Positions 39,353-49,634 of a stretch of DNA of 59,128 nt are shown one piece after another. The translations under genes and the position numbers were made by a program. Source of the stretch: Microcella sp. (GTDB taxonomy: Bacteria > Actinomycetota > Actinomycetes > Actinomycetales > Microbacteriaceae); contig NZ_JAUSMI010000084.1 of assembly GCF_030645145.1 (NCBI RefSeq), forward strand, positions 1 through 59,128, in the 5' to 3' direction. The notes under the pieces are model-generated. The model was not told where the DNA came from. It did not search any database and worked only from the letters and a program-made list of their open reading frames with translations. Position 1 is the stretch's first letter; each line of letters begins with the position of its first letter.

Positions 39353-40080
39353 GCGAAGGGGGCGGGGCGACGGTCGATGCTTCGGCCCAGCGCATCGCGG
39401 TGGTCACCGGCACGGCCAGCGGCATCGGCCGCTCGATCGCGGCAGAGCTGCGCGGCGGCGGCTGGCAGGTGGCTGGCATCGACCTGCGCGAGTCGGCGGG
39501 GTGCGATCTCAGCCTCGTCGCGGACGTCACCGACGCCGCAGCCATCGCGGACGCGGTCGAGCGCGTCGAGCAGCGCCTCGGGCCCGTCGGTGGAGTCGTT
39601 TCGGCAGCCGGCTACTACGAGGCCACCCCGTTCGGCGATGTCACGGAAGAGCAGTGGCGCCGCATGCTGAGGGTCCACCTCGGCGGCTTCCTTCACCTCA
39701 CCCGGGCGGTGCTGCCCGGAATGCTCGCTCGCGGATCGGGGTCGATCGTGGCGATCACCAGCGAGCTCGCCGTCGGAGGCGGCGGCCCAGGCGATGCCCA
39801 CTACTCGGCAGCGAAGGGCGCTCTGCAGGGGATGATGCGCAGTCTCGCCGTCGAGGTGGCGCCCAGAGGCGTTCGAGTCAATGCCGTCGCCCCCGGACCC
39901 ACCGACACCCCGCTGCTGGCGGCCGATTCGCCCTGGCGGGCACCGGACTACCTGCTCACTCTGCCAGTGGGCCGTCTCACCCGACCCGAGGAGGTCGCGC
40001 TGTGCGCCGCCTACCTGCTCGACGCCGGCACGTTCTGCGTCGGCGAGACTCTCAACCCCAACTCGGGAGCGGTGATCTGA
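39349..40080 (+). CDS. SDR family oxidoreductase
   Basis: TGTASGIG, YSAAK, VNAVAPG. Confidence 0.9.
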   Translation: MSEGGGATVDASAQRIAVVTGTASGIGRSIAAELRGGGWQVAGIDLRESAGCDLSLVADVTDAAAIADAVERVEQRLGPVGGVVSAAGYYEATPFGDVTEEQWRRMLRVHLGGFLHLTRAVLPGMLARGSGSIVAITSELAVGGGGPGDAHYSAAKGALQGMMRSLAVEVAPRGVRVNAVAPGPTDTPLLAADSPWRAPDYLLTLPVGRLTRPEEVALCAAYLLDAGTFCVGETLNPNSGAVI

Positions 40081-40847
40081 TGACGACGCGCATCCTCGAC
40101 GGAGCCGTCGCTCTCGTCACCGGGGCCGCCCAGGGGATGGGGGCCGCGCATGCCCGCCACCTCGCCGCCTCAGGTGCCCGCGTCGCCATCAACGACCGCG
40201 TGGAGAGCGCCGAACTCGTCGCGCTCGCGGACGAGCTGGGCGGCCTCGCCGTACCCGGCGACGTGTCCCAGCGCGCGGGCGTCGACGCGATCGTCGCCGC
40301 CGTCACCGAGTGGGCGGGCGCCCCCGATGTGCTCGTCGCGAACCACGCCTACATGACGATGTCGCCGCTTCTCGACGCCGACCTCGACGACTGGTGGCGA
40401 ATCATCGACACGAACCTCGGCGGCACCTTCGCGCTCATCCAGGCAGTTCTTCCGGGCATGCGCGCGAGGGGCCGCGGACGCGTCGTGGTCGTCGCGAGCG
40501 AGTGGGGGGTGACGGGATGGCCGGAAGCCACCGCGTACTGCGCCTCGAAGGCCGGACTGATCTCGCTCGTGAAGACCCTCGGTCGCGAGCTCGCCCCTGA
40601 GGGGATCATCGTCAACGCGCTCGCCCCCGGGGTGACCCGCACGCCGCAGCTCGCCGTCGATGCGCGCGCGGCGGGCGTCGACCTCGCCGAGATGATCAGC
40701 TCCTACGCCCGGGAGATCCCGCTCGGACGCGTCGGCGAGGTCGATGAGCTGGCCAGGGCCGTGGTGTTCCTCAGCGACTTCCGCCAGGGTGCGATGGTCG
40801 GCCAGGTGCTCCAGGCCAACGGCGGGTCGACACGCGCCCGCGCGTGA
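40080..40847 (+). CDS. SDR family oxidoreductase
   Basis: [20 protein letters not shown]. Confidence 0.9.
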   Translation: MTTRILDGAVALVTGAAQGMGAAHARHLAASGARVAINDRVESAELVALADELGGLAVPGDVSQRAGVDAIVAAVTEWAGAPDVLVANHAYMTMSPLLDADLDDWWRIIDTNLGGTFALIQAVLPGMRARGRGRVVVVASEWGVTGWPEATAYCASKAGLISLVKTLGRELAPEGIIVNALAPGVTRTPQLAVDARAAGVDLAEMISSYAREIPLGRVGEVDELARAVVFLSDFRQGAMVGQVLQANGGSTRARA

Positions 40848-40909
40848 CCCGCGCCGAGCATCCATCGCCCCGCCCCGCCCCGCCCCGACCTCGAGGAGGA
40901 ATGTCGCAC

Positions 40910-41887
40910 ATGACCACGAATTCCGCACCGCGCCCCGCGGGCGCTCCCATCGGCCCGGTCGACGGCCAGATCTCGCCCCGCTACGCCGGATTCAGCACGT
41001 TCGCCCGACTGCCGCGCATCGATGATGTGAGCGGCTGGGACGTCGCGGTGGTCGGCGTGCCCTTCGACGCGGGGGTGACCTTCCGATCGGGTGCGCGGTT
41101 CGGCCCGTCGTCCATCCGAGAGGCTTCGCGCCTCCTCCGACCGTACAATCCGGCTCTCGAGTCGATGCCGTTCGCCGATGCGCAAGTCGTCGATGCGGGC
41201 GACATCGACGCGAACCCGTTCGATATCGTGGCGGCGCTCGACCAGATGCAGGCGGGGTTCAGCCGATTGATGAGCGACGGGAGACCCGTGATGACCCTCG
41301 GGGGGGACCACACGATCGCCCTGCCCGCCCTGCGCGCCATCGCCGCCGAACACGGACCGGTCGGTCTCGTCCATTTCGACGCGCACCTCGACACGTGGGA
41401 CACGTACTTCTCGGCGCCGTACACCCACGGCACACCGTTCCGACGCGCGTCGCAGGAGGGGCTGCTGCGCAAGGACCGCTCGGCGCACGTCGGAATCCGT
41501 GGCTCGCTGTACAGCAGGAAGGACCTGATCGACGACGAGGAGCTCGGCTTCACGATCGTGCACTGCCGCGACTTCGACCGCATCGGTGCGGAGGGCATCG
41601 TCGACAGAATCCTCGACCGGATCGGGGATGCCCCGCTCTACGTCTCGATCGACATCGACGTCCTCGACCCCGGCTTCGCTCCCGGCACCGGCACCCCGGA
41701 GGCGGGAGGGATGACCAGCCGCGAGCTGCTCGAGGTGCTTCGCGGGCTTCACGGGACGCCGATCGTCTCGGCCGACATCGTCGAGGTGAGCCCTCCGTAC
41801 GATCATGCCGACATCACCGCCGTCGCCGCCGCGAATCTCGCCTACGAGCTCGTGACGATCATGTCGTCGCAGCAGGCCGCCCGATGA
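40910..41887 (+). CDS. Agmatinase/guanidinobutyrase-family ureohydrolase
   Basis: [24 protein letters not shown] metal-binding motifs intact. Confidence 0.92.
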   Translation: MTTNSAPRPAGAPIGPVDGQISPRYAGFSTFARLPRIDDVSGWDVAVVGVPFDAGVTFRSGARFGPSSIREASRLLRPYNPALESMPFADAQVVDAGDIDANPFDIVAALDQMQAGFSRLMSDGRPVMTLGGDHTIALPALRAIAAEHGPVGLVHFDAHLDTWDTYFSAPYTHGTPFRRASQEGLLRKDRSAHVGIRGSLYSRKDLIDDEELGFTIVHCRDFDRIGAEGIVDRILDRIGDAPLYVSIDIDVLDPGFAPGTGTPEAGGMTSRELLEVLRGLHGTPIVSADIVEVSPPYDHADITAVAAANLAYELVTIMSSQQAAR

Positions 41888-42732
41888 GCGGCGGGCTCTG
41901 GCCCGAGGGAGTCCGCTCCGCGGCCTCGTTCACCTTCGACGTGGACGCGGAGTCGGCGGTGCTGTGGGGCGCGCCGGAGAACGCGGGGCGCATGAGCGTG
42001 ATGAGCCATCAGGCGTACGGTCCACTGATCGGCGTTCCGCGCATTCTGTCACTGCTCGCCGACAACGGCATCACTGCGACGTTCTTCATCCCCGGATACA
42101 CCGCCGAGCGCTACCCCGAGGTCGTCCGCGACATCGTCGCCGCCGGTCACGAGGTCGGTCATCACGGCTATCTGCATGAGCAGCCATCCGCGCTGACCCG
42201 CGACGAGCAAATCGTCGCTCTCGAGCGCGGGATAGACGTCCTGTCGGAGATCGCAGACGTCCGACCGGTCGGCTATCGCGCGCCGATGTGGGACCTGTCG
42301 TGGGAGATGCCCGAGCTGCTCCTCGAACGCGGATTCCTGTACGACTCGAGCCTCATGGACGCCGATCTGCCCTACGAGCTCGCGATCTCCGACTCGACGT
42401 CATCCCTCGTGGAGATACCCATCCACTGGGCGCTCGATGACTGGGAGCAGTACTGCTATCTTCCGGAGATCAGCGGCACCGGGTACATCGCGACGCCCGA
42501 ACAGGCTCGCGCGCTCTGGGAGGCCGAGTTCGCCGGGCTCCACGACGTCGGAGGATGTTGGGTCCTCACCAATCACCCCTTCCTCTCCGGACGACCAGGG
42601 CGCGCCGCGTCCCTCGGCCGATTGATGGCGGATATCGTCGCGACCCCCGGCGTGTGGGTGGCACCACTGCGCGACATCGCCGGACACGTCAGAGCCCAAG
42701 GACTCGCGCCTCGAGCGATACGTCCGATCTGA
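41884..42732 (+). CDS. CE4 polysaccharide deacetylase-fold hydrolase (PuuE/HpPgdA-like)
   Basis: [24 protein letters not shown]. Confidence 0.88.
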   Translation: MSGGLWPEGVRSAASFTFDVDAESAVLWGAPENAGRMSVMSHQAYGPLIGVPRILSLLADNGITATFFIPGYTAERYPEVVRDIVAAGHEVGHHGYLHEQPSALTRDEQIVALERGIDVLSEIADVRPVGYRAPMWDLSWEMPELLLERGFLYDSSLMDADLPYELAISDSTSSLVEIPIHWALDDWEQYCYLPEISGTGYIATPEQARALWEAEFAGLHDVGGCWVLTNHPFLSGRPGRAASLGRLMADIVATPGVWVAPLRDIAGHVRAQGLAPRAIRPI

Positions 42733-42773
42733 CCCTCCCCTCACCGGGAGCCCGTCGGGGACGACTCGCCCGC

Positions 42774-43823
42774 TCAGGGCACGCGGTGGAGCCACTCCTC
42801 GGTCGAGAACTTCTCCGCCACGAGAGCGTCGATGCGCTCCATCTCCTCCGGCGTGATGGCGCTCTCGGTGAGGCCGTTGCGGGCGCGGAAGGTCGCGACG
42901 AGGCGGTCGATGATCTCCTCGCGCGGCAGTCCCGTCTGGCTGCGCAGCGGGTCGACGCGCTTGTTCGCGCTCTTCACGCCCTTGTCGCTGAGCTTCTCGC
43001 GGCCGATGCGCAGCACCTCGACCATGCGGTCGCCGTCCATGTCGTAGCTCATCGTCACGTGGTGCAGAACGGCGCCCGAGCCGAGGCGCTTCTGCGCGGC
43101 GCCGCCGATCTTGCCCTTCGTGCTCGTGATGTCGTTGAGCGGCTGGTAGCTCGCCTCGATGCCGAGCCCCTTCAGGCCCTCGATGACCCACTCGTCGAGG
43201 AAGGCGTACGACTCGGCGAAGCTCATGCCCTGCACGAGCGCGACGGGCGCGTAGAGCGAGTAGGTGATGACGCTCCCGGCCTCCATGAACATCGCGCCAC
43301 CGCCCGAGATGCGCCGGACGACCTCGAAGCCGTAGCGGTGCGCGTTGTCCATGTCGACCTCGTTCTTCACCGACTGGAAGGAGCCGATGACGACGGCGGG
43401 GCGCTCCCACTCCCAGATGCGGAGGGTCGGGCCGCGGCGGCCGTCGCCGACCTCCTCGGCGAGCACCTGGTCGGCCGCCATCTGCTGCTGCGGGGTGAGC
43501 GGCGGGCCGACGACGAGGCTCCACTCGTAGTCGGTGAAGGCGGTCGCCTCGGCGAGCGCGCGGCGGATCGTCGTCGCGACGGCATCGGCGCTGAATCCGA
43601 GTAGCACGGCGCCGGGAGGGAGGGCCGCGGAGATCGCGCGCGCGAAGGCGGCGTGATCGGCGTCGGCGGGCATCCCGATCACGGCCGCCTCGATGGCGGG
43701 GATGGCCTCGTCGGGCTCGACGAAGAAGTCGCCCGCGAGGCGGAACTCCGTGATCAGGCCGCAGTCGACCTCGAGATCGACGACGACGAGCTTGCCTCCG
43801 GGGACCTTGTACTCACCATGCAT
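42774..43823 (-). CDS. Lipoate--protein ligase A family
   Basis: RRISGGGAM, KIGGAAQ. Confidence 0.9.
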   Translation of the reverse strand: MHGEYKVPGGKLVVVDLEVDCGLITEFRLAGDFFVEPDEAIPAIEAAVIGMPADADHAAFARAISAALPPGAVLLGFSADAVATTIRRALAEATAFTDYEWSLVVGPPLTPQQQMAADQVLAEEVGDGRRGPTLRIWEWERPAVVIGSFQSVKNEVDMDNAHRYGFEVVRRISGGGAMFMEAGSVITYSLYAPVALVQGMSFAESYAFLDEWVIEGLKGLGIEASYQPLNDITSTKGKIGGAAQKRLGSGAVLHHVTMSYDMDGDRMVEVLRIGREKLSDKGVKSANKRVDPLRSQTGLPREEIIDRLVATFRARNGLTESAITPEEMERIDALVAEKFSTEEWLHRVP

Positions 43824-43832
43824 GGGGCCAGC

Positions 43833-44723
43833 CTAGGCACCCGTCGCGACCGGGCGCTGGGCGTCGGCGGCGTACTGCGACCACGAGCCCGGGAAGAGCC
43901 GGCCGCGGCCGAGACCCGCGTGCTCGAGGACGAGCAGCTCGTGGCACGCCGTGACGCCCGAGCCGCAGTAGGCGATGACGTCGGAGCCCGGGGTCGCGCC
44001 GCCGGGGGCGAGACCGACCGACGCGAAGCGGGCCCGCAGCTCGTCGAGGTCGCGCAGGCGGCCGTCGCCGCCGATGTGATCGCGCACCGAGAGGTTGCGG
44101 GCGCCCGGGATGTGGCCCGCACGGGCATCCACCGGCTCGGTCTCGCCGGCGAAGCGGTCGGCGGTGCGCGCGTCGAGCACGACGGCGCTGCCGTCGGCGG
44201 CGCGGGCCTGCGTCTCGTCGATCGAGGCGAGGGCGGATGCTGGCCACGAGCGGGCGGTGAAGGTCGCGTCGGCGCGCGGCGCCGCTCGACGCCCGGCGAC
44301 AGTCGCGCCGGCTCCGAGCTCGCCCGGCCAGCCCGTGATGCCTCCGTCGAGGACGGCGGCGTCCTCGCCGAGTGCGCGCAGCATCCACACGAGGCGCGCC
44401 GCGATGACGCCGCCCGCATCGTCGTAGGCGACGACGGTCGTGCCGTCGCCGATGCCGGCCTCGCTCATGCCGCGGGCGAAGCGCTCGGGGTCGGGGAGGG
44501 GGTGCCGTCCCTCCGCGGCGCTCGGCGGACCCGCGAGCCACTCGTCGAGGTCGACGAACACTGCACCGGCGATGTGGCCGGCGTGGAAGGCGTCGCGGCC
44601 CGAGCGGCCGTCGAGGTACCAGCGCACGTCGGCGATGACGAGACGGCGCTCGTCACGCCCGGCCTCGGCGATGAGGCCCTCGAGCTCGGCGGCGGAGACG
44701 AAGGGAGGCAGAGTCGTCGGCAT
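43833..44723 (-). CDS. Two-domain rhodanese/sulfurtransferase (SseA-like)
   Basis: GHIAGA, GHIPGA, YCGSGVTA, GSWSQY. Confidence 0.92.
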   Translation of the reverse strand: MPTTLPPFVSAAELEGLIAEAGRDERRLVIADVRWYLDGRSGRDAFHAGHIAGAVFVDLDEWLAGPPSAAEGRHPLPDPERFARGMSEAGIGDGTTVVAYDDAGGVIAARLVWMLRALGEDAAVLDGGITGWPGELGAGATVAGRRAAPRADATFTARSWPASALASIDETQARAADGSAVVLDARTADRFAGETEPVDARAGHIPGARNLSVRDHIGGDGRLRDLDELRARFASVGLAPGGATPGSDVIAYCGSGVTACHELLVLEHAGLGRGRLFPGSWSQYAADAQRPVATGA

Positions 44724-44768
44724 CGGTCCAGGCTACTCAGCGGGCGGGCGTCGGCGTAGGGTGCGGGG

Positions 44769-45131
44769 ATGGACCCCGTCGCGCACGACCTCGACCGCCT
44801 CGCCGACCACCTGCTCGAGCAGGCGCTCTCCGCGCCCGACAAGCGCGCGACGCTCAAGCTGGATCTCGGTCAGTCGACGCTGCGGCACCTCGCGATGGCC
44901 TTCGACACGGGCGGCGGTCTGCCCGAGCACGGCAACCCGGGCGAGGCGACGCTGCGCGTGCTGCGCGGACGGGTGCGGCTGTCGTGGGCGAGCGAGAAGG
45001 GCGATCACGCGATCGAGGCGCAGCCCGGGATGCTCGTGCGCATCCCCGACGGGACGCACCGGGTCGAGGCGCTCGAGCCGAGCGTCATGCTCCTCACCGC
45101 GGTGTCGCTCCCGGGCGGGCATGCGCACTAG
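44769..45131 (+). CDS. Cupin-domain protein
   Basis: LPEH..GEATL.VL.G and H.V.A cupin motifs. Confidence 0.8.
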   Translation: MDPVAHDLDRLADHLLEQALSAPDKRATLKLDLGQSTLRHLAMAFDTGGGLPEHGNPGEATLRVLRGRVRLSWASEKGDHAIEAQPGMLVRIPDGTHRVEALEPSVMLLTAVSLPGGHAH

Positions 45132-46000
45132 TCGGTCGGGGACAGCCGATCGTCGAGCCACTCGATGAGGTCGCGCCGGACATCCGCCTGATTGAGCTCG
45201 TTGAAGACCTCGTGGCGGGCCTCCGGGTAGACGGCGAGCTCGACGTCGGTGAGGCCGCCGCGGCGCGCGTACTCCTCGACGAGCTTCACGGCGCCGGGCT
45301 CGCCGCCGAGCGGGTCGTCGTCGCCGACCATGACGAGCAGGGGGATGTCGCGGCCGAGGCGCTTCGGGCGGCCGTAGAGCCGCAGCCCGTCGCGCACGCC
45401 GAAGAGCTTGAGGATCTTCGCGTCGAACGTGAGCGGGTCGGCGCGGAAGAGCTGGTGCACCTCGGGGTCGCGGCTCAGCCACTCGACGCCCGTGTCGCCG
45501 AGGTGGGCGTGCTTGGCGTTGAGGTCTCCGGAGTTCATGTAGCCGGGCATCCGGTAGCTCGTGCCCGTGAGGACGGCCGCGTCGTAGTCGGCGGCGTGGT
45601 CGTTGAGGATGATCTGCGCCATGAGCGAGCCCCACGAGTGCCCGAGGAGCACGAGCGGCAGCTCGGGGTGATCGGTGCGGATGATCGCGCTGAGGTCGCG
45701 GAGATCCTGGATCGTCGCGCGCAGTCCGCCGGGGCCGAGCTTGCCCATCTTCGAGGAGTCGCCGTCGGTCATCTCGACGCCCGTCATGCCGTGGCCGCGG
45801 TGGTCGTCGGCGTAGACGGCGTAGCCGGCGTTGACGAGCCCCTGCGCGAGGACCTCGTAGCGCAGCGCGTGCTCGCCGACGCCGTGCGCGAGCTGCACGA
45901 CGGCCTTCGGCCGACCGGGCGCCCAGACGTAGTAGTGGATCGTGACGCCCTGGGCGTCGACGAACGTGCGGTGCTCGCGCTCGGCGATGAACTTCACCAT
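45128..46000 (-). CDS. Alpha/beta hydrolase (lysophospholipase-like)
   Basis: HGVGEH, DHRGHG, GHSWG nucleophile elbow, RHEVFNE. Confidence 0.92.
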   Translation of the reverse strand: MVKFIAEREHRTFVDAQGVTIHYYVWAPGRPKAVVQLAHGVGEHALRYEVLAQGLVNAGYAVYADDHRGHGMTGVEMTDGDSSKMGKLGPGGLRATIQDLRDLSAIIRTDHPELPLVLLGHSWGSLMAQIILNDHAADYDAAVLTGTSYRMPGYMNSGDLNAKHAHLGDTGVEWLSRDPEVHQLFRADPLTFDAKILKLFGVRDGLRLYGRPKRLGRDIPLLVMVGDDDPLGGEPGAVKLVEEYARRGGLTDVELAVYPEARHEVFNELNQADVRRDLIEWLDDRLSPTD

Positions 46001-46115
46001 GGTCGGGCCTCCCTGCGTTCATCGTAGGGGCGGCGGGGGCGCCGCGGCAGGGGTGCGCGGGCGCGGCGGCGCCGGGGGCGCGTCGGACGCTGAGGGAATG
46101 CTCGACGGCACCAAG

Positions 46116-46147
46116 TCGTTAGCCAGGGTAATGACCTACGCTAACGA
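46116..46147. promoter_or_regulatory. Probable MarR operator region
   Basis: TCGTTAGC (46116-23) with inverted copies GGTAATGA and GCTAACGA (46140-47) at the marR start. Confidence 0.55.
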
Positions 46148-46151
46148 TGAC

Positions 46152-46574
46152 ATGACGACTGCGAGCGACCCCGACGAAGAGCTGCGCGTGCTCATCCAGA
46201 AGGTGGCGCGGCGCATCCGTGCCGAGCGCGGCGGCGACGGCATCACCGACACGCAGCTCGGGGTGCTGTGGCAGCTCGAGACGCACGGGCGCACCTCCCC
46301 CGGCGTGCTCGCCGAGCGCGAGCGCGTCAGCCCGCCCTCGATGAACCGCACCCTCAACGCGCTCGAGGCCGCCGGCGTCGTGCGCCGAGAGCCCAGCGAG
46401 ACGGATGCGCGCCAGGTCTGGGTGAGCCTCACTCCGGCGGGCGACGACCTCATCGCCGAGACCCGACGACTGCGCACCGCCTGGTTCCACCGCCAGCTGG
46501 ACGCGCTCGAGCCCGACGAGCGCGCGGCGCTCGAGGCCGTGCGCCCCGTGCTGCGGAAGCTCGCCGACTCGTGA
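46152..46574 (+). CDS. MarR family regulator
   Basis: wHTH with TDARQ motif; alternative start at 46131. Confidence 0.88.
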   Translation: MTTASDPDEELRVLIQKVARRIRAERGGDGITDTQLGVLWQLETHGRTSPGVLAERERVSPPSMNRTLNALEAAGVVRREPSETDARQVWVSLTPAGDDLIAETRRLRTAWFHRQLDALEPDERAALEAVRPVLRKLADS

Positions 46575-47896
46575 GGACGATGTTCCGCAGCCTCGGGCTC
46601 CTGAACTACCGGATCTGGTTCGTCGGGGCGATGGTGTCGAACATCGGCGCGTGGATGAACCGGACCGCGCAGGACTGGCTCATCCTCACCGACCTCACGA
46701 ACGAGGACGCCGCCGCCGTCGGCGTCGCGATGGCGCTGCAGTTCGGCCCCGCGCTCGTCATCGGCCCGTACGCGGGCATCATCGCCGACCGGTTCGCGGG
46801 TCGGAAGCTGCTCGCGGCCACGCAGGCGCTGCAGGGTCTGCTCGCGCTCGGCCTCGGCCTCATCGTCATCCTCGACATCGCCGAGCTCTGGATGGTCTAC
46901 CTCTTCGCCCTCGGCCTCGGCATCGCCACCGCGCTCGACGCGCCCGTGCGCCAGACCTTCGTCGGGGAGCTCGTCGGGCCGACGCAGCTGCCCAACGCGG
47001 TCGCGCTCAACTCGGCGTCCTTCAACGTCGCGCGCCTCATCGGGCCGGCCGTCGCGGGTCTTCTCGTCGCCACGATCGGCGCCGGCTGGGTCATCGCGAT
47101 CAACGGCATGACCTACGCCGCGACGCTGCTCGCGCTCGCGATGCTGCGCGGCGACCAGCTGCACCGCCTCAAGAAGGAGAAGAAGGGGCGCGGGCAGCTC
47201 AAGGCGGGCATCCAGTACGTGCGCCGCCGCGGCGACCTCGTCGTCGTGTTCACGATGGTCTTCCTCGTCGGCACGTTCGGCTTCAACTTCGGCATCTTCA
47301 CCGCGACGATGGCCCGGGTCGAGTTCGGCCGAGGCGCCACCGAGTTCGGGCTCCTGTCGAGCATCCTCGCCATCGGATCGGTGACCGGCGCCCTCATGTC
47401 CGCCCGGCGCGAACGGCCGCGACTGCGGGTCATCGCGCTGTCGGCGCTCGGGTTCTCGTTCAGCACCGCCGCGGCCTCGCTCATGCCGACCTTCGAGAGC
47501 TTCGCCGCCGCGCTCGTGCTCGTCGGGTTCACCTCGCTCACGATGATCACCTCCTCGAACGCGTACGTGCAGACGACGACGCGGCCCGCGATCCGCGGGC
47601 GGGTGACGGCGCTGTACCTCACGATCTTCATGGGGGGTACGCCGCTCGGCGCCCCGCTGCTCGGCTTCATCGCCAACGAGGCGGGGCCGCGCTGGGCGCT
47701 CGTCGTCGCCGCGATCTCGGGCCTCGCGGCGGCCGCCGTCGCCGGGCTGTGGATGCGCTCGACCCGCAACCTGCGGCTCGGGCGCGACGGCGGACCGTGG
47801 TGGCGCGTGCGCGTGCGGTACGACGGGGACGACTACGACCTCGACACGGCGACGCGCGAGATCGCGATCGTGGAGGCGTCGGCGCGCAAGGGGTGA
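46571..47896 (+). CDS. MFS transporter
   Basis: GIIADRFAGRK motif A, about 12 TMs; GTGA overlap with marR. Confidence 0.92.
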   Translation: MRTMFRSLGLLNYRIWFVGAMVSNIGAWMNRTAQDWLILTDLTNEDAAAVGVAMALQFGPALVIGPYAGIIADRFAGRKLLAATQALQGLLALGLGLIVILDIAELWMVYLFALGLGIATALDAPVRQTFVGELVGPTQLPNAVALNSASFNVARLIGPAVAGLLVATIGAGWVIAINGMTYAATLLALAMLRGDQLHRLKKEKKGRGQLKAGIQYVRRRGDLVVVFTMVFLVGTFGFNFGIFTATMARVEFGRGATEFGLLSSILAIGSVTGALMSARRERPRLRVIALSALGFSFSTAAASLMPTFESFAAALVLVGFTSLTMITSSNAYVQTTTRPAIRGRVTALYLTIFMGGTPLGAPLLGFIANEAGPRWALVVAAISGLAAAAVAGLWMRSTRNLRLGRDGGPWWRVRVRYDGDDYDLDTATREIAIVEASARKG

Positions 47897-47983
47897 TCCG
47901 GGCGTGGCCGCGCGGTCGGGCCCGCACGGGCGCGGGACCTTCGGCCGGTGCCGGCCGGGGGGAACGAGTGGGAGGATCGGGGC

Positions 47984-48223
47984 ATGGTGTCGAAGCTTCC
48001 GAACCCGTGGACGGGTCAGCCCGGGTTCTGGGCCGCGGTCAACCGGTTCTTCTACCCGATCGCCGGGCCCGCCGCGGTCGGCATCGGCCGCCCGGAGGAA
48101 CCGTACGTCGCCCCGGCCGACCCGACGTGCCCGCTCTGCGGAGCCCTCATGGCCGATCACGTCATCGAGCGCGGCGTCGGCACCACCGCGACGCGGCTGC
48201 ACTGCCCGCCCGCCGCGGTCTGA
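47984..48223 (+). CDS. Small hypothetical protein with CxxC...H...C motif
   Basis: CPLC-x6-H...HCP; normal codon pattern. Confidence 0.7.
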   Translation: MVSKLPNPWTGQPGFWAAVNRFFYPIAGPAAVGIGRPEEPYVAPADPTCPLCGALMADHVIERGVGTTATRLHCPPAAV

Positions 48224-48283
48224 GCGGGGTCGCAGGCCGCGCGTGCGTCCTGACGAGCCCGATGACTCAAATCCCGTGCGATG

Positions 48284-48364
48284 CCGAATGCAGGCACCCC
48301 CGTAGCGGATCCGCGAGGGCCCGTGGGCGGCAGGCCGTGCTGGGCTGCTTCTGCGTGCATTTGG
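48284..48364. repeat. Fixed-length inverted-repeat element, copy 2
   Basis: CCGAATGCA (48284-92), 63 bp, TGCATTTGG (48356-64). Confidence 0.75.
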
Positions 48365-48378
48365 CAGCGGATCGTCGA

Positions 48379-48490
48379 GGGTGCTGAGCGGGACGGGTGC
48401 TGAGCGATGCGCGATGCGGGACGGGTGCCGAGCGATGCGCGATGCGCGATACGGGACGGGTGCCGAGCGATGCGCGATGCGCGATGCGCG
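48379..48490. repeat. Nested tandem repeat (VNTR)
   Basis: Three GGGACGGGTGCYGA units (48390, 48418, 48453) followed by 2, 3 and 3 GCGATRC heptamers. Confidence 0.9.
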
Positions 48491-48576
48491 AACCAAATGC
48501 AGTCTCGCGTGGCCTGTACCGTTCGAACTCCGGCCGCCCGGGCCCGCATCGGGCCGTCTGTGACTGCATTCGGTTC
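48490..48576. repeat. Fixed-length inverted-repeat element, copy 3
   Basis: GAACCAAATGCAGTC (48490-504) / GACTGCATTCGGTTC (48562-76). Confidence 0.85.
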
Positions 48577-48617
48577 TCGCGCGACGTGCTGGGGCGGGCG
48601 TGGGCCAGGCCGCGGAG

Positions 48618-49580
48618 CTAGTCGAGGGCGACGAGGATCTCGCGCGTCGCCTGCTGCACCGCGGCGTGCAGCGAGCGGAGGGCGGATGCGCGGCGCGCCC
48701 GGGCGCGATCCGCGTCGGCGGGCGCGGTGCCGAGCTCGGCGGCCGCGCTCGCGCTCGCCTCGACGAGAAGGCTGAGCTCGGCCGCGGCCCGGCGGCTCGC
48801 GGCGAGACCTGCAGCGCCTCCGTCGACGCCGATCGCGCGGAGGCTGCGCTCGGCATGGACGAGCCCGTGCGCGACCGAGCGCGGGAAGCGCTCGTCGAGG
48901 GCGAGGAGCTCGATCGCGGCCGCGGCGGTGGGAGCGCCGCGGTGGGCGCGCACGTGCGCCTCGTGGGCTCCGGCGCTGCGGAGCACGAACATCCACCCGG
49001 GGCCGGATTCGGGGTCGTCGGCATGGGCGGCGAGGAGGCGGGCCGTCGCGGCGGCGCGCTCGAGGCGGCGGCCGAGGGCGATGAGCTCGAAGGCGCCGTC
49101 GCGAGCGACCGCGGACTCGATGATCCCGACGGCGAGCGCCGAGCGCTCGCGCACCCAGGCGAGGAAATCGGGGACGCGCGGCTCGACGACCTTCCGCGGC
49201 AGGCGGGCGCGCGTCGCGACGAGCATGTCGGAGAGCTCGGCGGGCAGCGACTCCCTCGCGAGCCGGGCGGCGTCGCGGGCCTCGACGAGCGCGTGCGCGA
49301 TCGACGCGGGGTGGGAGCGGTCGGCGGTGAGCAGGTCGATCGCGGCGCCGCGGCCGAGTCGGGCATCCGCCGCATCGTCGGCCCCGCACGCGCGGAGGAC
49401 GAGTCGCGCGTCGGCCGCGTCGGGAAGGGGGTGATCGCGCGCGAGGAGGAGGTGAGCCTCGACGATGCGGGCGGTCGCGTCGGCCCGCTCGATGCCGCGG
49501 CCCAGGGCGAGGAGGTGCGCGGGCGCGCTCGCGGAGACTCCCGCAGCGCCCCGCACGAGGGGCTCGCCGATGCCCGCCAT
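48618..49580 (-). CDS. Alpha-E domain (DUF403) protein, divergent
   Basis: Two repeats with GRGIERAD and GRRLERAA ER motifs, FPRSV. Confidence 0.78.
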   Translation of the reverse strand: MAGIGEPLVRGAAGVSASAPAHLLALGRGIERADATARIVEAHLLLARDHPLPDAADARLVLRACGADDAADARLGRGAAIDLLTADRSHPASIAHALVEARDAARLARESLPAELSDMLVATRARLPRKVVEPRVPDFLAWVRERSALAVGIIESAVARDGAFELIALGRRLERAAATARLLAAHADDPESGPGWMFVLRSAGAHEAHVRAHRGAPTAAAAIELLALDERFPRSVAHGLVHAERSLRAIGVDGGAAGLAASRRAAAELSLLVEASASAAAELGTAPADADRARARRASALRSLHAAVQQATREILVALD

Positions 49581-49634
49581 GCCGGGGAGCCTAAGCGGGG
49601 CGTGTTGCGCGAGTGTTTCCGGCGGGTGACGGGT

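Noticed and set aside
48379-48490. CRISPR array or coding repeat (ORFs 48381-48563, 48397-48621)
   Set aside because: The 'spacers' are just heptamer repeats; the ORFs are low-complexity translations without RBS or -10 support.
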